64,000 nt of DNA from Candidatus Eiseniibacteriota bacterium (GTDB lineage: Bacteria; Eisenbacteria; RBG-16-71-46): contig JANLWX010000007.1 of NCBI GenBank assembly GCA_031364845.1, forward strand, positions 32,001 through 96,000, given 5' to 3'. The notes under the pieces were generated by a model. That model saw nothing but the letters and a program-made list of their open reading frames with translations, had not been told where the DNA came from and ran no database searches. Positions within the stretch are counted from its first letter, which is position 1, and the number at the start of each line of letters is the position of its first letter. Both the position numbers and the translations under genes were made by a program. Positions 11,509 to 21,731 of the stretch are shown here, piece after piece.

Positions 11509-14500
11509 CTAATCGAGCACGATCCAGCGCCGCATCACCCGCTGCGCGCCGGCGTCGATGCGCACGAAGTAGAGTCCGGGCGTGAGTCGCGCGCCGCGCG
11601 CATCCACGGGCGCCAGCGACCAACGAACTTCGCCGGCCTCGCGCATTCCAAGATCGTCACCCGCCACTCGGCGGCCGCTCACGTCGTGCAGCTCCCACCG
11701 CACGCGAGAGCGCGACGGCAGCGAGAGCGCCATGACTGACGCTCCGCGCGCGGGCGAAGGACAGGGCCCGGCCAGCTCGAGCGCCGCGGGTGCCGGGCCG
11801 CCCGGTGCGTCGACGTTGTGCGAAGGCGACAGCCGCAGCCCGAACGAGAACGACCCTTCACCGAACACTTCGACCTCTTCGGTGAGCGCGAGGTTGCGCC
11901 GGTCGTAGCCGGAGAACGCGGGCGCCGGGTTGAGCTGCGCGCCGCTCAGTGCCGAGTACTCGATCTGCGCACTTCCGCCGCGCGTGTTCGTCAGCCGGTA
12001 GGCGCTGACCTCGAATCCCACGTCGCCATCGAAGCGGAGCAGGTGCTGCTGGCCGTAGAGTGCGAGGTCACGCGGATTGGGCGAGAGGCCGGACCGCACG
12101 TAGAGCGGGCCGGGAACCGTCTCCGAATAGTAGGCCGACAGGACGCTGCTCGATGAGGGCATCGTGATCGCCTTTACGATCACACCGCCCGGGGCCGTGA
12201 ACGTCCAGCCCTGCGACGTGCGGATTGCGGAGTAGGGCGCGTCGGCATAGCCGCCGCTGTTCATGTCCTTGAACGCCGAGCAGCGATTCGCGGTGGCACC
12301 CGTGTACTCCTCTTCGCCCGGCGCCGAGGGATTCGTGAACGGGGCGCCGACGATCACGATGCCGTCGTCGGTGATGCGGTCCCACGCGACCGCGAGCACA
12401 CAGCGGCCGCCGTAGCGCTCGAACACGGCGTATCCGAACGAATTGCGGATGACGTACTCCGACTCGCCATCGAAGTCCGAATCCACGGCGTACGAGCGCG
12501 TCTCCGGGCCGATGCCGCCGGTCTTCACCGAGTCCGCCCATCGCGCCGCGGCCGCGTAGAGCCCGGCGCCACGCACATGATTCTGGAGCCGCAGCGCCCA
12601 CGTGTTCATGCCGTCCCACGAGGTGTCGGGGAAATTCCACGGGTCGTAGCAGTTGTTGTTCGAGTAGTCGACCTGATCCTCTTCGTGCCATGCGGTCTCG
12701 TAGATCATCGTCAGATAGGCCGCCACGCCGAGGTCGCGCAGGTTCCCCGCCGGCGCATCCATCAACGCCTGCCAGGTCGCGTGCATCAGCGTGCCCGGTG
12801 AATTGAGATCGCCGTGCTTCATGCCGCTGGGCAGCGGCGGCCCGTCGTTCGCGGGGGTCGCGCTGCGCGCATGGTAGTCGCCCTGCGGTCCGGTGATCAC
12901 GGGCACGAGATCGTAGAAGCTCTGCTCGTTGCCGCCGAAGCCGGCATTGTCGTTGTAATACCAGTAGTGATACGAGTCTTCCGAGGCGTGCTTCAGCCAC
13001 TCGTACGTCTCGATGCCGAGGTCGTGGCGAACGCCGTGATCGATCACCATCGCCGCGGGGCTCGCGAGTGCCGCGGCCAGGATGTCCTTGAGATTGGCGA
13101 TGCGGATCCACGGGTGGTTCGCCGCCCAGCGGATCGTGTTGTGATACTGGTTCGGATTGTTGTTCGGGATCGGATTGCCCGACGAGGCGTCGAACGACTT
13201 GCCCGCGAGCGCTTCCCAGTCGTCGAACACGACGACCACTTCACTCGATCCTCCGTATTGGGCCTTCTGCAGCAGGCTGAATCGGGAATCCATCACCATT
13301 CCGCCGTCGTGGTTCCCGAACTTTCCCTGATCTTCACGGTCGTTGATCATGAAGCAGTAGACGCCGTTGATTTTGTGCAGCTTGTGGCGGTAGCCGGCAT
13401 CGGGCGCGCACGTCTCGCCCGGATGGAACCAGTGGTGCAGATGCGTCAACTCGTCGAGATAGGTCGCGGTGTAGGGGCTCGCCGCGATGTCCTCGAACGT
13501 GTGACCGTCGAGCGGCGAGAGATTCGTGCTCTGCGAGCGGATCACGCGCTCGGGCACGTGCATCACCTGGGCTGCGGCCGCCGTCACGCCGTAGACCGCG
13601 CGATTCACGCTGTCGGTCAGCGCGAGCGACGCCGCGTTCACCGCACCCTCGTAGTACGGCATGATGTGCTCGGCGAACACGCCGCCGATCAGCGAGCCTG
13701 GCCGGTCCGCCTGATCTCCATCGACGAACGCGCGGATCGATTGTAGAAATGCGGGCCCGTCCTGCGGATCGGACGCTCCGGTCGGACGCGACGCCCAGTT
13801 GCACGCGACGGTGAGCGTTCCACTCGGATGCAGGTTGATCGGCACGCCGAAGACCTGGTGCGTATCGAGTGTGCGAAGGAATCCGGTGCCGCCGCTGATG
13901 CCGGTCGCGGCCTGCGAGTCGTAGATGTGGGCACCGATGTCGTCGGCCTGATTCACCGACTGATTGCCGTGCGCGATCGACGCATACCACACGAAGCCGG
14001 CATTCGCGGTGGAGGCGATGCCGCCGTTGAGCACACCGTCCGCGCAGCCGCGATCGGCGTCGACGAACGCATCGGTCAGGTCGCTGGAAGCCCCGCCACC
14101 GGTGCAGTTGGTCTCGGTGTTGTCCTTGGTCGTGAACACCTGGAATGTCAGCGCACTCGATCCATTCCAGCCGGCGTTGATCAGCGCCTGGCGCGTGATG
14201 CCGAACTCGACGGCATCGAGCTGGCTGTTCCAGTAGGAACCCAGATAGCCCGGCACCGCGTTGAAGCTCGAATTGTAGAGCTGATAGTCCGAGCCCTGCG
14301 CCACACCGGAGCGATAGACGCACGCGACCAGTTCCCACGGCCGGTCGGTGGAACAGTCGAGGAAATCGGGCATGAACGCCTGCCCGCCCGAAGCCGCATC
14401 GATTGCCACGTACAGGTTGAGCCCGCCGTTCTCGGCGCCGAGCGTGAGGTCGTAGAAGTCCGCGCGGAAGTAGACATTCGCGCCTTCGATGCGCGAGTAC

Positions 14501-14772
14501 AACGCGGTGAGGTCACGCGAGTCGTCGAGTCCGTCGCCGAAGTTGTAGCGAGCATCGGCGAGTCCGGCATCGTCGAGCGCTCGCAGGTCGTTGCGGGTCC
14601 AGTCCTGGAATTCCTCGTACCACGTGACGTTCGCGCGATCGACGCCGCGCACAGGACCGGGTCCGATCGTGATCGCCGAGTGGGCGAGGGGTGCGGCGCA
14701 GGCGATGGTCGCCAGGGCGATCGAGATCGACGTCATCATCGACCGGACAGAGACGTTGCGCCGGGTGGGCAT
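11509..14772 (-). CDS. Large secreted GH57-like glycoside hydrolase with FlgD-like C-terminal domain
   Basis: Signal peptide; HGNQ, NLHPSGTL, EHIMPY, VPERV, DDWE resemble GH57 conserved regions; C-terminal DVSGRRV...PGLYFVR. Confidence 0.6.
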   Translation of the reverse strand: MPTRRNVSVRSMMTSISIALATIACAAPLAHSAITIGPGPVRGVDRANVTWYEEFQDWTRNDLRALDDAGLADARYNFGDGLDDSRDLTALYSRIEGANVYFRADFYDLTLGAENGGLNLYVAIDAASGGQAFMPDFLDCSTDRPWELVACVYRSGVAQGSDYQLYNSSFNAVPGYLGSYWNSQLDAVEFGITRQALINAGWNGSSALTFQVFTTKDNTETNCTGGGASSDLTDAFVDADRGCADGVLNGGIASTANAGFVWYASIAHGNQSVNQADDIGAHIYDSQAATGISGGTGFLRTLDTHQVFGVPINLHPSGTLTVACNWASRPTGASDPQDGPAFLQSIRAFVDGDQADRPGSLIGGVFAEHIMPYYEGAVNAASLALTDSVNRAVYGVTAAAAQVMHVPERVIRSQSTNLSPLDGHTFEDIAASPYTATYLDELTHLHHWFHPGETCAPDAGYRHKLHKINGVYCFMINDREDQGKFGNHDGGMVMDSRFSLLQKAQYGGSSEVVVVFDDWEALAGKSFDASSGNPIPNNNPNQYHNTIRWAANHPWIRIANLKDILAAALASPAAMVIDHGVRHDLGIETYEWLKHASEDSYHYWYYNDNAGFGGNEQSFYDLVPVITGPQGDYHARSATPANDGPPLPSGMKHGDLNSPGTLMHATWQALMDAPAGNLRDLGVAAYLTMIYETAWHEEDQVDYSNNNCYDPWNFPDTSWDGMNTWALRLQNHVRGAGLYAAAARWADSVKTGGIGPETRSYAVDSDFDGESEYVIRNSFGYAVFERYGGRCVLAVAWDRITDDGIVIVGAPFTNPSAPGEEEYTGATANRCSAFKDMNSGGYADAPYSAIRTSQGWTFTAPGGVIVKAITMPSSSSVLSAYYSETVPGPLYVRSGLSPNPRDLALYGQQHLLRFDGDVGFEVSAYRLTNTRGGSAQIEYSALSGAQLNPAPAFSGYDRRNLALTEEVEVFGEGSFSFGLRLSPSHNVDAPGGPAPAALELAGPCPSPARGASVMALSLPSRSRVRWELHDVSGRRVAGDDLGMREAGEVRWSLAPVDARGARLTPGLYFVRIDAGAQRVMRRWIVLD

Positions 14773-14956
14773 CGGGAGCTCCGGTGGGTGGCGGGCAGGA
14801 ATCCGCAGGCGAGATGCCCCGAAAGTCTACCAGACGAACCCGGGTCCGGGGCGCACCGACTCCGACCGGCGCGGTGGCTCGGCGACGGAAGACATGAAGC
14901 CCCGGCCTCATGAAGGCCAGGGCCCGCCGATTCCGCTTCCCGTCTTCCGCAGGGAA

Positions 14957-15559
14957 CTACAAGTTGTACGTCAGTCCCCAGTTGATCTTGAACTGGCGGA
15001 AGTCGGTCACGTGGTGGTACTTGAGGTCGAGGAAGTTGTCCAGCCGTCCCGACAGCGCGAACGACACGCCGCCCAGCAGGGCGAGTCCGCCCTTGGTCAC
15101 CGAGTACTTCTGATCCGGCACGCCGAGCGTCGGGGCGTTGACCTCGTCCGACAGGAAATGCAGTCCCCAGCCCGCGCCGATGTAGGGCTTGAAGCTCTCG
15201 GTCGCGAAGTTCCAGCGCGCATCGACTCCGACCGTCGCGTCTTTACGCGTCGTGTGGATGTCGTAGGGCCGCAGCGTGCTGCTGTTGCGCCACCACTCGA
15301 TCGTCGGCATCAACTCGAACTGCTTCATCATCTGTGGCGGCTGGAGCCGCACCCGAATGGCGAGACCGGAGAACGAGCTCTGATCTTCCTGCAGGACGGT
15401 CGCGGTCATCGCCTCGATCGCGGTGAGTGTTCCCGCGGGCGTGACGACCGGTGTCGAGACGGGCTTCGCCGCCTGCTCCTGAGCATGTGATGTCGCGGGA
15501 ACCGTGATCGGAAGCGCGAGCGCCAGCAACGTGACGCCGAGTGCGCGAAGGTGGGGCAT
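14957..15559 (-). CDS. Small outer-membrane beta-barrel protein
   Basis: Signal peptide; KPYIGAGWG; C-terminal WGLTYNL. Confidence 0.75.
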   Translation of the reverse strand: MPHLRALGVTLLALALPITVPATSHAQEQAAKPVSTPVVTPAGTLTAIEAMTATVLQEDQSSFSGLAIRVRLQPPQMMKQFELMPTIEWWRNSSTLRPYDIHTTRKDATVGVDARWNFATESFKPYIGAGWGLHFLSDEVNAPTLGVPDQKYSVTKGGLALLGGVSFALSGRLDNFLDLKYHHVTDFRQFKINWGLTYNL

Positions 15560-15676
15560 GTCCACTCCTCGAGGATCCATCCTCAATAGGGTTTGACCGT
15601 CCGGTGGTGCAAGGGGAGTCGGGCGAAACTATAGGTCTGCCTCAGCCTCCGCGCCACCTCGATTGCCGTCGTGCTG

Positions 15677-17278
15677 TCAGGGATGCGACAAGAAGCCGAG
15701 CGTCGAACGCGACCATGTCGTGAGATTCCGATAGTCGAGTCCGACCCGCGCTGCCAGCGAGCGCGATTCGGCTTCGGGTCCGAGGATCCACACGCGCCCG
15801 CGGCGGGCGAGTGCGGGCAGCGCATCCGCTTCGATCACGCGGCCGGCGCCGCGGTTGGAATCGAATCGCAGATCACGCGGAACCTCGAGCAACAACACGG
15901 TCTCGCGCAGATGAAACGACAGGCCCGCATTGAAGTCGCGAAACACCACGACCGGCTCGCCCGGGACGCGATGCTCCGCGAGCATGCGCGCGATCGGACG
16001 TGGTGAGCCCGCGAAACGTTCGTAGGGAACGATCGCTGCCATCGCGACCGAGACGGCGGCGAGTACCGTGAACCCGGCGAGTGCTGGTCTTCGCGACGCG
16101 CTCCACGCCGCGGCGACCACGAGCGTGCCGAGCGCGCACCACGCGCCGATCGGCAGTGGAATCGCGGTACCCGTCGAGGCGCCGGTGAGCCGCGTCCATG
16201 CGGCGGGCCCCGCGATCACTCCGGCGGCGGCGACCGCGATGAGCGTTCCCGCGACCGCGAGGTGAACGGTACGCCCGCCGCGCATGAGGCCGAGTGCGGC
16301 GAGCATCGCGGCAGCGGGCATGCAGGGCAGGAGATAGCCGGGCAGCTTGGAGCCCGAGAACGAAAGGAACACGAGCGGCACCGCGAGCCACGCGATCACG
16401 AGCTTCGTCTCACGCGCCGCGCGTTCGCGCCATGCATGGGCGAGTCCCGAAACGAGCGCGGGCGTCCACGGCACCATTCCGAGCGCGAGCACGGCGACGA
16501 AGTACGCGGGATGCCCCGCGCGATCGTGCACCGTGCTGGTGTAACGCTGCCATAGTTCGTTTCCGACGAAGTAGGACATGAGTCCGGGAACGCGGAGCGA
16601 AACCGCAACGAACCACGGCAACGCGATCGCGGCGCACAGCAGCCAGCCCCACCACGGGCCGAGCAGCGCCGTCATCGGCAACCGGTCTCGCGCCTGCGAT
16701 CGTTCGAGCCGCTCCCACAGCGCGACGGCCAGCACCGGAAGCACTGTGGGCACGAACACGACCGGGCCTTTGATCATGAAACCGAGCCCGAGGGCGACGA
16801 ACGCCAATGGGGATCCCGCAAAGCAGAAGAACGCGGCGACGCAGGTGGTGAGGTAGGGATCCGGCGAAACAGCTCGGCCGAGAATCGCGAACAGCGCAGA
16901 CGATCCGAGCACCCATGTCGCGATCGCCGCGAGGTCGCGCGGGTCGCTGCCCGGCGCGTGCATCCCCGCAAACCATCGCCGCGCGATCGACGCGACCAGT
17001 GCCAGCGTCAGCAGCGCCGCGAGCACCACCGGTACGCGCGCGCCCCATGCGTTCTCGCCGAGCACAGAAAAGCCGAGTGCCGTGATCCAATAGGTGAGCG
17101 GCGGTTTCGTGAAGTGGGCGATGCCGTCGAGCCGCGGGACGATCGCATCCCCGGTCGCGCGCATCTCTCGCGCGACCTCGGCATAACGCGTCTCGGTGGT
17201 TTCGGTGAGCCCGAGCCATCCGGCGGCGGGCAGCATCACGAGCGCGATGAGCGCGATCGCGATCGCCGGCCGCTTCAT
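15677..17278 (-). CDS. ArnT/GT83-like (PMT family) membrane glycosyltransferase
   Basis: ETRYAEVAREM, KPPLTYW, IKGPV, SKLPGYLLP. Confidence 0.88.
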   Translation of the reverse strand: MKRPAIAIALIALVMLPAAGWLGLTETTETRYAEVAREMRATGDAIVPRLDGIAHFTKPPLTYWITALGFSVLGENAWGARVPVVLAALLTLALVASIARRWFAGMHAPGSDPRDLAAIATWVLGSSALFAILGRAVSPDPYLTTCVAAFFCFAGSPLAFVALGLGFMIKGPVVFVPTVLPVLAVALWERLERSQARDRLPMTALLGPWWGWLLCAAIALPWFVAVSLRVPGLMSYFVGNELWQRYTSTVHDRAGHPAYFVAVLALGMVPWTPALVSGLAHAWRERAARETKLVIAWLAVPLVFLSFSGSKLPGYLLPCMPAAAMLAALGLMRGGRTVHLAVAGTLIAVAAAGVIAGPAAWTRLTGASTGTAIPLPIGAWCALGTLVVAAAWSASRRPALAGFTVLAAVSVAMAAIVPYERFAGSPRPIARMLAEHRVPGEPVVVFRDFNAGLSFHLRETVLLLEVPRDLRFDSNRGAGRVIEADALPALARRGRVWILGPEAESRSLAARVGLDYRNLTTWSRSTLGFLSHP

Positions 17279-17288
17279 CCGTCGAGGA

Positions 17289-18011
17289 TCACCGCGTCTC
17301 GCGGCGGATCGTGTAGCGGATGAGCCGCACCTTGAGCCAACTCACGCCGATCAAGTCGTGGAGCCCGCGCCACAGCCGGTTGGTCACGCCGTACTTCGAA
17401 ACGCCATGCCGGCGTGCGCGATGGGAGACGGCGACCTCGACCACGCGCGCGCCGCGGAACTGGCACAACGCGGGGAGGAAGCGGTGGACGCCGACGAACA
17501 TCGGGAGACCTTCCAGCGCCTCGCGCCGGTAGGCCTTGAACGAGCAGCCGATGTCGGTGATGCCGTCGCCGAGTGCGGCGCGGCGCACGCCGTTCGCGAT
17601 GCGCGACGATACCTTCCGCACCCACGTGTCGCGGCGTCCCGCGCGTATGCCCGACACGACATCGGCGTTTTCGAGTGCGGCGAGCAGCTTCGGCAGGTCG
17701 GCGGGGTCGTTCTGGAGATCAGCGTCGAGCGTGACGACGATGCTGCCGCGCGCCTGCGTGAGTCCCGCGGCGAGCGCGCCGCTCTGCCCGATGCGCTCGG
17801 CGAGCAGCACGGGGCGCACGGCATCGTCCGCGCGCGCGGCATCGGCCAGCAGCGCGGGCGATCCGTCCGTGCTCGCGTCGTCAACGATCAGGATCTCCCA
17901 TGATCGGCCGGTCGCAAGCACCGCCGCGCGCAGCTCGGACAGCAGCAGCGCGAGGTTGTCGCGTTCGTTGTAGGCGGGAACGATGATCGAGAGTTCGGGG
18001 GCCGCGGCCAT
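17289..18011 (-). CDS. GT2 polyprenol-phosphate glycosyltransferase (ArnC/DPM1-like)
   Basis: SIIVPAYNE, VDDASTD, DADLQNDP, HRFLP. Confidence 0.9.
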   Translation of the reverse strand: MAAAPELSIIVPAYNERDNLALLLSELRAAVLATGRSWEILIVDDASTDGSPALLADAARADDAVRPVLLAERIGQSGALAAGLTQARGSIVVTLDADLQNDPADLPKLLAALENADVVSGIRAGRRDTWVRKVSSRIANGVRRAALGDGITDIGCSFKAYRREALEGLPMFVGVHRFLPALCQFRGARVVEVAVSHRARRHGVSKYGVTNRLWRGLHDLIGVSWLKVRLIRYTIRRETR

Positions 18012-18154
18012 GCCGGATTCCAGGGTGGGGCATCGTGCTGATCGGGGCGACGGCGGAGCATTGCAGAGCGCCACGGTCCCGGCAAACTCGCGCGGCCCCG
18101 CGCCGGAAGACTGCGCGATTGTGCGCGCCGGGCGCGATGTGCTATCCACCTCCC

Positions 18155-18784
18155 ATGGTGCGCCCGCAGCGACTCGTCCGCCGTGCCGATCGTGCTCCGC
18201 GTGCCGCGCGCGCTGCGCTGGTTCCGCGCCGCCGCCGCACCGTGCCGCTCGAGCAGCTGGGGCTCGAATTCGACCTCGGCCCGCCGCGCTGGACGTATTC
18301 GCGCCTGGTGCTCAAGTCACCGCATCTCGAGCGCATCCGCGAGCGCATCGAATTCGTGCGCGCGTTCTTTCCTGAGCTGATGGGCGTCTCGGTGCGCGTC
18401 GGCCTCGCGCAGAAGCGCGGCGTGCTCGGCTGGGGATCGCTCGATCCCGAGCGTCCGGGGATCTGGCTCAGGCCGCGGCGCATCGATCTGTTCACGGTCG
18501 CGCACGAGATGATCCACCTGCTGCAGGCGCGCGGGCTGGTGCCGCGCGGCGAGCGCCAGTGCGACCTGTGGGCGCTCGCGCGATCGCCGCTCGTGATCGA
18601 CAGTCCTCCGACCTATCTCGAGCTGCCGCGCATGCTCAAGCAGCGCCCGGTCCGCACCGAGCATGCGGCATTGCTGCATCGCACGGCGCGCGAATGGATC
18701 GCGGCGCGCGAGGGCGGAGACCGCCGCTACCTCCAGCGTTTCGAAGCCGCGATCGCCGAAGCGTGTGCGGGCAGGCCCCGATGA
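18155..18784 (+). CDS. Hypothetical protein with HExxH motif (possible zinc metallopeptidase)
   Basis: VAHEMIHLLQ...ERQCDLWALAR. Confidence 0.6.
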   Translation: MVRPQRLVRRADRAPRAARAALVPRRRRTVPLEQLGLEFDLGPPRWTYSRLVLKSPHLERIRERIEFVRAFFPELMGVSVRVGLAQKRGVLGWGSLDPERPGIWLRPRRIDLFTVAHEMIHLLQARGLVPRGERQCDLWALARSPLVIDSPPTYLELPRMLKQRPVRTEHAALLHRTAREWIAAREGGDRRYLQRFEAAIAEACAGRPR

Positions 18785-19191
18785 GCGCCGCCGCGGTCGA
18801 GAGCCGCATTCATGTGGCGGCGGCCGTGGTGTGGAGGGGCGATCAAATTCTGCTCACGCAGCGCCCGCCCGGCGGGGCGCTCGGGATGCAGTGGGAGTTT
18901 CCGGGAGGGAAGCTCGAAGCCGGGGAATCGCCCGAAGCCGCGGTGGTCCGCGAGGTGCGCGAGGAACTCGGGGTCGAGTCGCGCGTGATCGAACGGCTGC
19001 ACGTCGAGCGTCATCGCTACGCGCACGGAATCGAGGTCGAGATCACGTTCCTGCGTTGCGAGTTCGAGTCGGACGAGTTCAACCCGGGCCACGGTGTCCA
19101 CGCCTATCGATGGGTGCTGCCGCGGGACATCGATGTGGCGGAAGTTCTCGAAGCCGACCGCGCGTTCGTGCGGTCGCTGGGGGCGTCATGA
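18781..19191 (+). CDS. NUDIX (d)NTP pyrophosphohydrolase (MutT/NudG-like)
   Basis: WEFPGGKLEAGESPEAAVVREVREELG. Confidence 0.9.
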   Translation: MSAAAVESRIHVAAAVVWRGDQILLTQRPPGGALGMQWEFPGGKLEAGESPEAAVVREVREELGVESRVIERLHVERHRYAHGIEVEITFLRCEFESDEFNPGHGVHAYRWVLPRDIDVAEVLEADRAFVRSLGAS

Positions 19192-19328
19192 TCCTGGTGC
19201 TGCCCGACGGGCTCCAGTTCTTCCAGTTCGGCTGGTGGGTGATCCACGCGGTCGCGATCTACCTGGTGTATTCGTACGCGTACCGGCGCGGGCGCCGCGA
19301 CGAGCGTAAGAAGCGCGACGACAAGTAG
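19188..19328 (+). CDS. 46-aa single-pass membrane protein
   Basis: ATGA overlap with the NUDIX stop; hydrophobic helix followed by basic tail RRGRRDERKKRDDK. Confidence 0.6.
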   Translation: MILVLPDGLQFFQFGWWVIHAVAIYLVYSYAYRRGRRDERKKRDDK

Positions 19329-19451
19329 CAGTTTACTGAAAGCGTCGATTGCTGCGTTGCTCGTTCGATCCTCGCTGCGAAGTATCCTGCGGATACATCT
19401 CGCTCGTCACTTCCCTCGCGCCTTGCACTCGACGCTTTCAGTAAACTGCTA
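19326..19451. mobile_element. 126-bp MITE-like element with 23-bp perfect terminal inverted repeats
   Basis: TAGCAGTTTACTGAAAGCGTCGA (19326-19348) and its exact reverse complement (19429-19451); internal GTATCC/GGATAC hairpin; TA at both ends. Confidence 0.75.
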
Positions 19452-19841
19452 GAAGCGATAGCCGACGAGAGCGATCTGCGCGGTCCCTGCCGGCGAGCGC
19501 GCGATCGTGGGCACGTGGAACTCGACTCCGTCGCCCAGCTCGATCGCCGCTTCCGGTTGCGGGCGATTCGCGACGAAGTAAACGCCCGCGGCGAATCCCA
19601 CCAGCGTGCCTCCGACGAAACACCAGCGCACGACGTCACCGTCGTTGCCGCCGTCACCGGCGAGCGCGAACGCCGAGCCGATGACGAGGCCCGCGAGTCC
19701 GCCGTAGATGACCGAGCGCGAGACTTCGACGACCGGATTCTCCTGGCTCGAGCGCTCGATGTTGACGGCGGCGCGCGCCGCCGGGGCGACCGTTCCCAGC
19801 GCGAGGCTGGCGGCAACGGCGATCGTGACGAAGCGTTTCAT
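19449..19841 (-). CDS. Hypothetical exported/membrane protein
   Basis: Signal peptide, two Gly-rich hydrophobic segments, C-terminal YRF. Confidence 0.65.
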   Translation of the reverse strand: MKRFVTIAVAASLALGTVAPAARAAVNIERSSQENPVVEVSRSVIYGGLAGLVIGSAFALAGDGGNDGDVVRWCFVGGTLVGFAAGVYFVANRPQPEAAIELGDGVEFHVPTIARSPAGTAQIALVGYRF

Positions 19842-20120
19842 GGGCACTCCCCGGGGAGGCGGGATCTGGCGGGTGGGCGGTTCGCGTGAACCGTCACCCT
19901 CGCGGCAACGCCCACGTTATCACCACCCACCCGCGTGAAAAACCCCGCGTATGAGGCAGAGGTTCCGGGGAAGGGGCCTTTCGGTGCCTTCAAAACAGGA
20001 ACTGTCAAAGTCCTGAACTTCGCGCTATTCGAGCCCGCCGGCCGTGCCGATACCCGGATGTCCGGTCCCCCGCCGCCGGCTCGTTCTCCCATGGCATGTT
20101 GCACCCCTGTGGAACTCTCG

Positions 20121-21017
20121 ATGTCGCGATTCGATCTGCCCGTGCTCGCCGCGATGGCGCTGTTCTCCGGACCCGTGATGTTCGCGCGCGGGTTCCGCGA
20201 CCTGCGCACCCGCCGGCTGATCCGCAACACGCCGACCGCGCGCATCCGCTCGATGGCGATGGGGCTCGTCGAGGTCAGCGGTGCCGTGATCTCGCGCAGC
20301 CGGGTGCGCGCGCCGTTTTCGGGACGCGAGTGCGCGTACTGGGAAGTCGACATCTCGATCCGCATGGGCCGTCGCGGCGGATACCGCTCCGTCCATCGCA
20401 ACAGCTCGGGCAATCCCTTCTATGTGGACGACGGAACCGGCATTGCGCTGGTGTATCCGAGCGGTTCCCAGTGCAGAACACCCGTTGCCTGCGAGGAAGA
20501 GTGCTTCGGGCTCACGCTTCCGGAGCCTTACTCAGGTTATCTGGCCGGGCAGCGCCTGTGGCAGCGACAGCTGTGGCGTATGAGCTCCATCCGATTTCGC
20601 GAGCGGATGCTCGAAGAAGGCCAGCGCGTGTATGTGCTCGGCACCGCCGTGCCGCGCGCGGCGTCGCGCGACATCTCGCAGCCGGTGTGGGTCGAGGCCG
20701 CCGCGGCCGCCGCAGCCGAACCCGAATTGCGCGCGACCGGAACCGACGGAGCCTTCGCTTCCTTCGGCGGTCGCCCGGCACGCAACACCTCGAACCACGG
20801 TCCGGAACGGATGAAGGAACTCCACGGCCGCACCGCGGCCGTCATCCGGCGCGGCGAACAGGAATCGACGTTCATCATCAGCACCGAATCCGAGCTCGCG
20901 CTCGAAATCTCCTACGGCGCCTCCACGCTGCTCCATCTGTTCGGAGGTCCGATGCTCACGATCATGGGTCTCGGCTACTGGATTCACGCGCTGGCCGGGC
21001 GCCAACTGTTCCACTGA
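20121..21017 (+). CDS. GIDE-domain (MUL1-like) membrane protein
   Basis: RLIRNTPTARIRSMAMGLVEVSG, PFYVDDGTG, RFRERML..G..VYVLG; upstream of lemA. Confidence 0.7.
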   Translation: MSRFDLPVLAAMALFSGPVMFARGFRDLRTRRLIRNTPTARIRSMAMGLVEVSGAVISRSRVRAPFSGRECAYWEVDISIRMGRRGGYRSVHRNSSGNPFYVDDGTGIALVYPSGSQCRTPVACEEECFGLTLPEPYSGYLAGQRLWQRQLWRMSSIRFRERMLEEGQRVYVLGTAVPRAASRDISQPVWVEAAAAAAAEPELRATGTDGAFASFGGRPARNTSNHGPERMKELHGRTAAVIRRGEQESTFIISTESELALEISYGASTLLHLFGGPMLTIMGLGYWIHALAGRQLFH

Positions 21018-21058
21018 CCGAGTCGCGCCGGTCGGACGAAGTACCTTGGAGGGTTCAC

Positions 21059-21631
21059 ATGGGTGAGATGATCGGACTCGCGGTCGTGCTGTTCGTCGTA
21101 GTCGGCGGGGTGGGCTACGCCCTCTCGATCTACAACGGCCTGGTTGCGCTGCGGAATAACATCGGGCGCTCGTGGGCGAACATCAACGTGTTGCTGAAGC
21201 AACGTCACGACGAGCTGCCGAAGCTGGTCAAGGTGTGCGAAGGCTACATGCAGCACGAGCGCGGCGTGTTCGACAAGCTGAGCGAAGCGCGCGGCGCGCT
21301 GATGAGCGCGACCAGCGTGCCCGATCGCGCGGTCGCCGAGGGCCAGCTGACGCGCGCGCTGGGCCAGTTCTTCGCGGTCGCCGAGGCGTATCCCGACTTG
21401 AAGGCGAATCAGTCGTTCCTGCAGCTCCAGGGCCGGATCAGCGAGCTCGAGAATCACATCGCCGACCGCCGCGAGTTCTACAACGACATCGTGACCACGT
21501 TCAACACGCGCATCGAGCAGATTCCCGACATGTACGTCGCGGGATGGCTCCACTGCACGCCGCAGCATCTGTTCAAGGTCGACGAGCGCGATCTGGCCGA
21601 CGTCGAGATCCAGTTCAAGATGAGCGCGTGA
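21059..21631 (+). CDS. lemA: LemA family protein
   Basis: IYNGLV, NINVLLKQRHD, AEAYPDLKANQSF, RREFYN. Confidence 0.92.
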   Translation: MGEMIGLAVVLFVVVGGVGYALSIYNGLVALRNNIGRSWANINVLLKQRHDELPKLVKVCEGYMQHERGVFDKLSEARGALMSATSVPDRAVAEGQLTRALGQFFAVAEAYPDLKANQSFLQLQGRISELENHIADRREFYNDIVTTFNTRIEQIPDMYVAGWLHCTPQHLFKVDERDLADVEIQFKMSA

Positions 21632-21731
21632 GGTCGCGCGGCCAAGTCGCGCGGCGCGCGCGACAGTTCTGCGCGCCGTATTTCGCGATCGCGTTGCGTC
21701 GCGCTGCCCTTCCCACTAACCTGCTTCGTCC

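Noticed and set aside
20096..21631. 511-aa ORF suggesting an extended LemA fusion
   Set aside because: The N-terminal part is an off-frame shadow of the GIDE gene; LemA has its own RBS and ATG at 21059
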